Source: Vibrio alginolyticus NBRC 15630 = ATCC 17749
Lineage (GTDB): Bacteria; Pseudomonadota; Gammaproteobacteria; Enterobacterales; Vibrionaceae
Length of the DNA: 32,000 nucleotides
Assembly (NCBI RefSeq): GCF_000354175.2
Contig: NC_022349.1
Location: 1,980,001 to 2,012,000 of the forward strand
Direction of reading: 5' to 3'
Shown here: piece after piece, positions 27,792 to 32,000 of the stretch
How the letters are laid out: every line of letters starts with the position of its first letter
How positions within the stretch are numbered: the stretch's first letter is position 1
The notes under the pieces: generated by a model
Database searches by the model: none
The model's input: only the letters and a program-made list of their open reading frames with translations
Told to the model about the DNA's origin: nothing
Position numbers and translations under genes: made by a program

Positions 27792-30200
27792 TTAAAATAA
27801 ACCAGCCAATCGGTTGAGGTCGGATTGAATAGCGCCGGCTGTCACTTCTCTGCCTGCGCCTGGTCCTCGAATGACCAGAGGGTTATCTTTGTACCACTTG
27901 CTCTCTATGGCAAAAATGTTATCGCATGGCAATAAGTTGGCGAGCGCGTGCTCACGAGATAACGCTTCGACTCCCACCGTTGCTTTACCATTTTTTTCTA
28001 AACGCGCCACATAGCGAAGCACTTGATCGTTTCTCTGTGCTTTTGTCAGACGCTCTTGAAGTATTTCACTCAACAATGCTCCATTATCGAAGAAATCATC
28101 TAAGCTCAGTTCTCTTAATTCTTCTGGCACCAAAGACTCAACTTTAACGCTGTCTGGTTCTATATCTAGGCCCGATTCTCGAGCCAAGATGACTAACTTA
28201 CGCATTACATCGGAGCCATCTAAATCAGAACGAGGGTCAGGTTCGGTTAACCCTTGCTGCCAAGCAAGATCGACTAAATCATTAAATGGCACAGAACCAT
28301 CAAACTGTTGGAACAGCCATGATAACGTCCCCGAGAAAATCCCCGATAGAGCGACGATTTCATCCCCACTTTCACGAAGATCTCGCACGGTATGGTTTAT
28401 CGGTAACCCAGCACCAACCGTTGCGTTGTATAGCCAATGACGACCAATTTTAGCGAATGCATCTTGAACCTGATGGTAGTACTGACTATCTGCGGAACCG
28501 GCCACTTTGTTGGCGGAAATCAAATGAATGCCTTGCTGTGCGATTTCTGCGTAGCGCTGAGCCAAATCTTTACTCGCGGTAACATCAAGCACGACGGCTT
28601 CATCGTAGCTTTTAAGCGCTCCCAAACGTGCCAGCCAATCCCCATTGTTTGCTATGCTTTCATCATCAAATCGTTCAGCAACACTCACCGCCTCAATACC
28701 TTGCTCATCGAACCAATAGGTTTGGCTATCCACAACCGCGACAAGATCAAAGCTCATACCATGACGTTTTTCGAGCTCACTTTTTTGCGTCGCAAATAAA
28801 TTTAACCAACTAGAACCAATATTACCCTTGCCACATAAAGCCACTGCCACGCGTTTTTGCGCTTGGAACAACTGGCTATGAATCGTTTGAACCAACGCCT
28901 CGGTATCAGTACGGCGCAAAACAGCGACTAGGCTCAGCCCTGAGTCTGTTTCAGAGATAAATTCTACCGGAGAGTGCTTTAGCTTTTGATAAAAGCCAAA
29001 GCAATGATTGGCGTTTTTCGTAACGCCTGCACCTACCGCAGCTAAGAGCGAGTAACCTTCTTTTAGCTTAATTTCTGCCTCTACCGCAAGCTCTTGCAAG
29101 TGTTTCAATGCACCACCGGCGATTTCTGCGGTGTAAGCCAAGCGTAGCGTATGCTGATCGGATTGAGCTTCAAATGCCAATGGCTCTAATTGCGCGCGCT
29201 GCAACGCTTGTAATACATCACTCTGTGTTTTTTCGAAGTCGTGCCCATGCATGAAAGACAACTGCACCAATAAAACATCATCCAGTGAAGTAATAATTTT
29301 AGCGCCACGACCAGATGCCAATACACGCTCAATACGAGTAGAACCCGACTCTGGCAGATAGCTACACTTGAGATTAAGGTCCATGGTACTTTGCGCCACA
29401 GGCTGAAGCGTACGACTGTGTAGCACTGGGGCAGCTAAGCGAGCAAGTTCACTGGCTTCATCCAATCGAAGTAACGGTAATAAACAAGCATCAGACACCA
29501 AACGTGGATCGGCACTATAGACACCAGCAACATCACTCCAAATCGTGACAGTACTGACTTCAGCAAGCGCGCCTATGACCGTTGCAGAATAGTCAGAGCC
29601 GTTACGACCAAGTAGAATGGTTTCTCCTGCCTCGTTCTGAGCCATAAAGCCAGTAATTACCACTCGTTTATGGTTATGCTGCGCGAGGATCTCTTTAATT
29701 AAAGGGTATGAACGAGCGCGATCAACCTCTGGTTGAGTTCCCGCTTCTGCACGTAAAAACGCTCGTGCATCTTGTGCAACCGCAGGGATAGAACGTTGAG
29801 ATAATAACGCGGCCAATAGGCGAGCAGACCATACTTCTCCGTGCCCCAGTACCGCGGCTTTTTGCGCATTAGTGAGTGGTGCAGTCAGCTCCGAGAGAGT
29901 ACTGAACTCATCATGTAATAAAGCTAACAGCTCTTCTTTTGCTTCACTCTCCAACAAGCTTTCTATTAGCTCAGTTTGGAACTGTCTCAAGCTTTGAAGC
30001 GCTTCATGCGCAATTCGGCCATCTTTACTTAACCCTTCCAAAAACTCAATCAAGCGGTTAGTGGTTTTTCCTGCAGCAGAGACGACCACAAGATCATTTT
30101 CTGTCGAATACTCCTTGAGAATACCCACAACGCGTAAGTAGCATTCTGGGTTTGCTAAGCTACTGCCACCAAACTTATGCAGCTGACGTTGTACAGTCAT
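27792..30200 (-). CDS. metL: bifunctional aspartokinase II / homoserine dehydrogenase II
   Basis: 802-aa ORF. The N-terminal aspartokinase has KFGGSSL and the C-terminal half is homoserine dehydrogenase. It lies immediately downstream of metB (15-nt gap), as in the E. coli metBL operon. Confidence 0.94.
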   Translation of the reverse strand: MTVQRQLHKFGGSSLANPECYLRVVGILKEYSTENDLVVVSAAGKTTNRLIEFLEGLSKDGRIAHEALQSLRQFQTELIESLLESEAKEELLALLHDEFSTLSELTAPLTNAQKAAVLGHGEVWSARLLAALLSQRSIPAVAQDARAFLRAEAGTQPEVDRARSYPLIKEILAQHNHKRVVITGFMAQNEAGETILLGRNGSDYSATVIGALAEVSTVTIWSDVAGVYSADPRLVSDACLLPLLRLDEASELARLAAPVLHSRTLQPVAQSTMDLNLKCSYLPESGSTRIERVLASGRGAKIITSLDDVLLVQLSFMHGHDFEKTQSDVLQALQRAQLEPLAFEAQSDQHTLRLAYTAEIAGGALKHLQELAVEAEIKLKEGYSLLAAVGAGVTKNANHCFGFYQKLKHSPVEFISETDSGLSLVAVLRRTDTEALVQTIHSQLFQAQKRVAVALCGKGNIGSSWLNLFATQKSELEKRHGMSFDLVAVVDSQTYWFDEQGIEAVSVAERFDDESIANNGDWLARLGALKSYDEAVVLDVTASKDLAQRYAEIAQQGIHLISANKVAGSADSQYYHQVQDAFAKIGRHWLYNATVGAGLPINHTVRDLRESGDEIVALSGIFSGTLSWLFQQFDGSVPFNDLVDLAWQQGLTEPDPRSDLDGSDVMRKLVILARESGLDIEPDSVKVESLVPEELRELSLDDFFDNGALLSEILQERLTKAQRNDQVLRYVARLEKNGKATVGVEALSREHALANLLPCDNIFAIESKWYKDNPLVIRGPGAGREVTAGAIQSDLNRLAGLF

Positions 30201-30215
30201 TGTTATCGTCTCCTA

Positions 30216-31376
30216 TTACTGGGTAGCTTTAGCGAACGCTTGTTCTAAATCTGTGATGAGGTCTTGTGCATCTTCCAAACCGACAGACAAACGCAATAGT
30301 TGATGAGAGACCCCAGCCTCCGCCAGCGCCTCCTCACCCATTGCACGGTGCGTCATGGATGCTGGGTGGCAAATCAAACTTTCTACACCACCTAATGATT
30401 CAGCTAATGAAAACAGTTGGAGCTCTTTCACAAACACCTTTAACTGCTCAAACGAACCAGCAAACTCAAAACTCAACATAGAGCCAAAGCCCGTTTGCTG
30501 CTTTTTAGCGATGTCATGACCTGGATGTTCCGGCAGGCTTGGATGATAGATAGTTTTAACTAACGCTTGTTTTTGTAGGTAAGCCAGTACCTGCTGTGAG
30601 CTCTCTTCATGTACTTTCATACGAGCACCAAGCGTACGAATACCTCGCAGTGTCATGTAACTATCGAAAGGTGTGCCCGTTGCACCAATACAATTGCCCC
30701 ACCATGCAAGCTCTTCTGCATGCGCTTCTGTGTTGGTGATGATTACCCCACCAATTACGTCCGAATGACCGTTGATGTACTTTGTTGTGGAGTGGATAAC
30801 AAAATCCGCACCTAGCTCTAAAGGTTTTTGGTACACGGGTGTCAAAAAGGTATTGTCCACCGCAACTAACGCGCCGACTTGTTTCGCTTTTTCACAGGTA
30901 GCTGCAATATCCACTACGCGAACCAGAGGGTTTGACGGAGTTTCTAGCAAAATGAGTTTTGGTTTTTGTGCCAATGCAGCATCTAAAGCCTGTTCGTCTG
31001 ATTGATCGACAAACTGAACCTTAAAATCGCCTTTGCTAGCTCGGGTATTAAAAAGACGATAGGTGCCGCCATAACAATCGTGAGGAGCAATAATGAGATC
31101 ATCTGGGCCGAGAAAAGCGGAAACCCATAAATTTAATGCCGACGTACCGCAGTTAGTAACAACCGCTCCTTTTCCAGACTCAAGTTCAGATAGTGCACTT
31201 TCCAACAGTCCGCGGTTTGGATTACCAGATCGTGTGTAATCATACTTGGGCACTTCACCAAAAGCAGGAAAACCATAGTTAGTGGAAAGATAAATAGGTG
31301 GAACGACAGCATGATATTGGCTGTCTGATTCAATACCAGTGCGTACTGCAATGGTCGCAGGTTTGCGAGTGCTCAT
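30216..31376 (-). CDS. metB: cystathionine gamma-synthase (O-succinylhomoserine (thiol)-lyase)
   Basis: 386-aa ORF of the Cys/Met-metabolism PLP family. The PLP-lysine motif is HSTTKYINGHSD. It is divergent from metJ, as in E. coli. Confidence 0.93.
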   Translation of the reverse strand: MSTRKPATIAVRTGIESDSQYHAVVPPIYLSTNYGFPAFGEVPKYDYTRSGNPNRGLLESALSELESGKGAVVTNCGTSALNLWVSAFLGPDDLIIAPHDCYGGTYRLFNTRASKGDFKVQFVDQSDEQALDAALAQKPKLILLETPSNPLVRVVDIAATCEKAKQVGALVAVDNTFLTPVYQKPLELGADFVIHSTTKYINGHSDVIGGVIITNTEAHAEELAWWGNCIGATGTPFDSYMTLRGIRTLGARMKVHEESSQQVLAYLQKQALVKTIYHPSLPEHPGHDIAKKQQTGFGSMLSFEFAGSFEQLKVFVKELQLFSLAESLGGVESLICHPASMTHRAMGEEALAEAGVSHQLLRLSVGLEDAQDLITDLEQAFAKATQ

Positions 31377-31494
31377 GGGTGTATCCTTTCACGGGTAATG
31401 ACTTCTAAATAGGAATGCGCTATATCTAATGAGTAACATAAAGTGATCAACACGCTTCCTTTGCTGTTATGTTCACTTTACTCGTCAAAAAATG

Positions 31495-31526
31495 AGACGT
31501 CAACACTTCTAGACGTCTATATGTCT
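31495..31526. promoter_or_regulatory. MetJ operator (four tandem met boxes) in the metBL / metJ divergent region
   Basis: AGACGTCA | ACACTTCT | AGACGTCT | ATATGTCT match AGACGTCT at 7/8, 6/8, 8/8 and 6/8 and are contiguous in 8-bp register. Confidence 0.8.
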
Positions 31527-31555
31527 TTGCTTATGGCGGTAAATGCAGCTAAAAT
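31527..31555 (+). promoter_or_regulatory. candidate metJ promoter abutting the met boxes
   Basis: TTGCTT (31527-31532), a 17-nt spacer, then TAAAAT (31550-31555). The -35 element directly abuts the last met box, which fits MetJ autorepression. The RBS GAAGGTG precedes the ATG at 31602. Confidence 0.35.
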
Positions 31556-31601
31556 CAGCACCTAAATTATTTTTAACCGATTACATAAATGAAGGTGTGC
31601 A

Positions 31602-31922
31602 ATGGCTGACTGGAATGGCGAATACATTAGCCCATATGCAGAGCACGGCAAAAAAAGCGAACAAGTAAAAAAAATTACCGTCTCTATCCCGCTAAAAGTT
31701 TTAAAGGTGCTAACTGATGAGCGTACTCGCCGTCAGATCAATAACTTACGCCATGCAACCAATAGCGAATTGCTATGCGAGGCATTTTTGCACGCGTACA
31801 CAGGTCAGCCACTTCCGACAGATGAAGACCTTCGTAAAGACCGTCCTGATGATATTCCAACAGAAGTAAAAGCGCTGATGACGGAAATGGGCATCGAATT
31901 TGAGTCATTCGACGAAGAATAA
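31602..31922 (+). CDS. metJ: methionine repressor MetJ
   Basis: 106-aa [75 protein letters not shown] is nearly identical to E. coli MetJ. Confidence 0.97.
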   Translation: MADWNGEYISPYAEHGKKSEQVKKITVSIPLKVLKVLTDERTRRQINNLRHATNSELLCEAFLHAYTGQPLPTDEDLRKDRPDDIPTEVKALMTEMGIEFESFDEE

Positions 31923-32000
31923 AAAAGCCTGATAAGAGGTTTCAGGTAATAACTCTTGCCTCGAGCCAAATGAATGACATAAAAAATGGGACGCAATAGC

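Noticed and set aside
31805-31996. 63-aa minus-strand ORF overlapping the metJ 3' end
   Set aside because: It is antisense to metJ with no start signals. I also found no convincing terminator after metJ, only 5-bp stems (CCTGA/TCAGG) with no U-tract, so I did not call one.

Overview
This window reads as a syntenic, almost entirely core-genome stretch of a Vibrio chromosome. The genus call is an inference from the AphA regulator, the ArgH-acetyltransferase fusion and the pilMNOPQ/mrcA layout. Gene order is: rpe (partial)-dam-damX-aroB-aroK and pilQPONM on the minus strand, divergent from mrcA; then oxyR divergent from a Prx-Grx hybrid peroxidase followed by an Lpd-family flavoprotein; then a short non-core spacer with two tiny divergent ORFs; then argH(A)-argG-argB-argC divergent from argE; then ppc, aphA and metF; then metL-metB divergent from metJ. 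I call 27 CDS. One is absent from the ORF track because it is truncated (rpe) and one because it is only 35 codons long. Six ORF-track starts are trimmed to homology- and RBS-supported starts. I also call 8 hairpin terminators and operator-like sites for OxyR, ArgR and MetJ that sit where the known regulons predict them. I see no tRNA or rRNA, CRISPR array, transposase or integrase, phage genes or recognisable defence genes. I cannot honestly identify a novel multi-gene system here. The items most worth a second look are: (1) the OxyR-linked Prx-Grx plus flavoprotein pair, whose reductase ends in a CxxCxxxC tail; (2) an untracked 35-aa hydrophobic ORF and a CxxC membrane protein in the only non-core spacer; (3) the long structured aphA upstream region, with Qrr-complementary and LuxR-type motifs; (4) a DamX homologue with an ExeA-like P-loop module beside the secretin operon; (5) several strong intergenic stem-loops that are not canonical terminators. 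All homology statements come from my memory of family sequences and motifs, not from a search.
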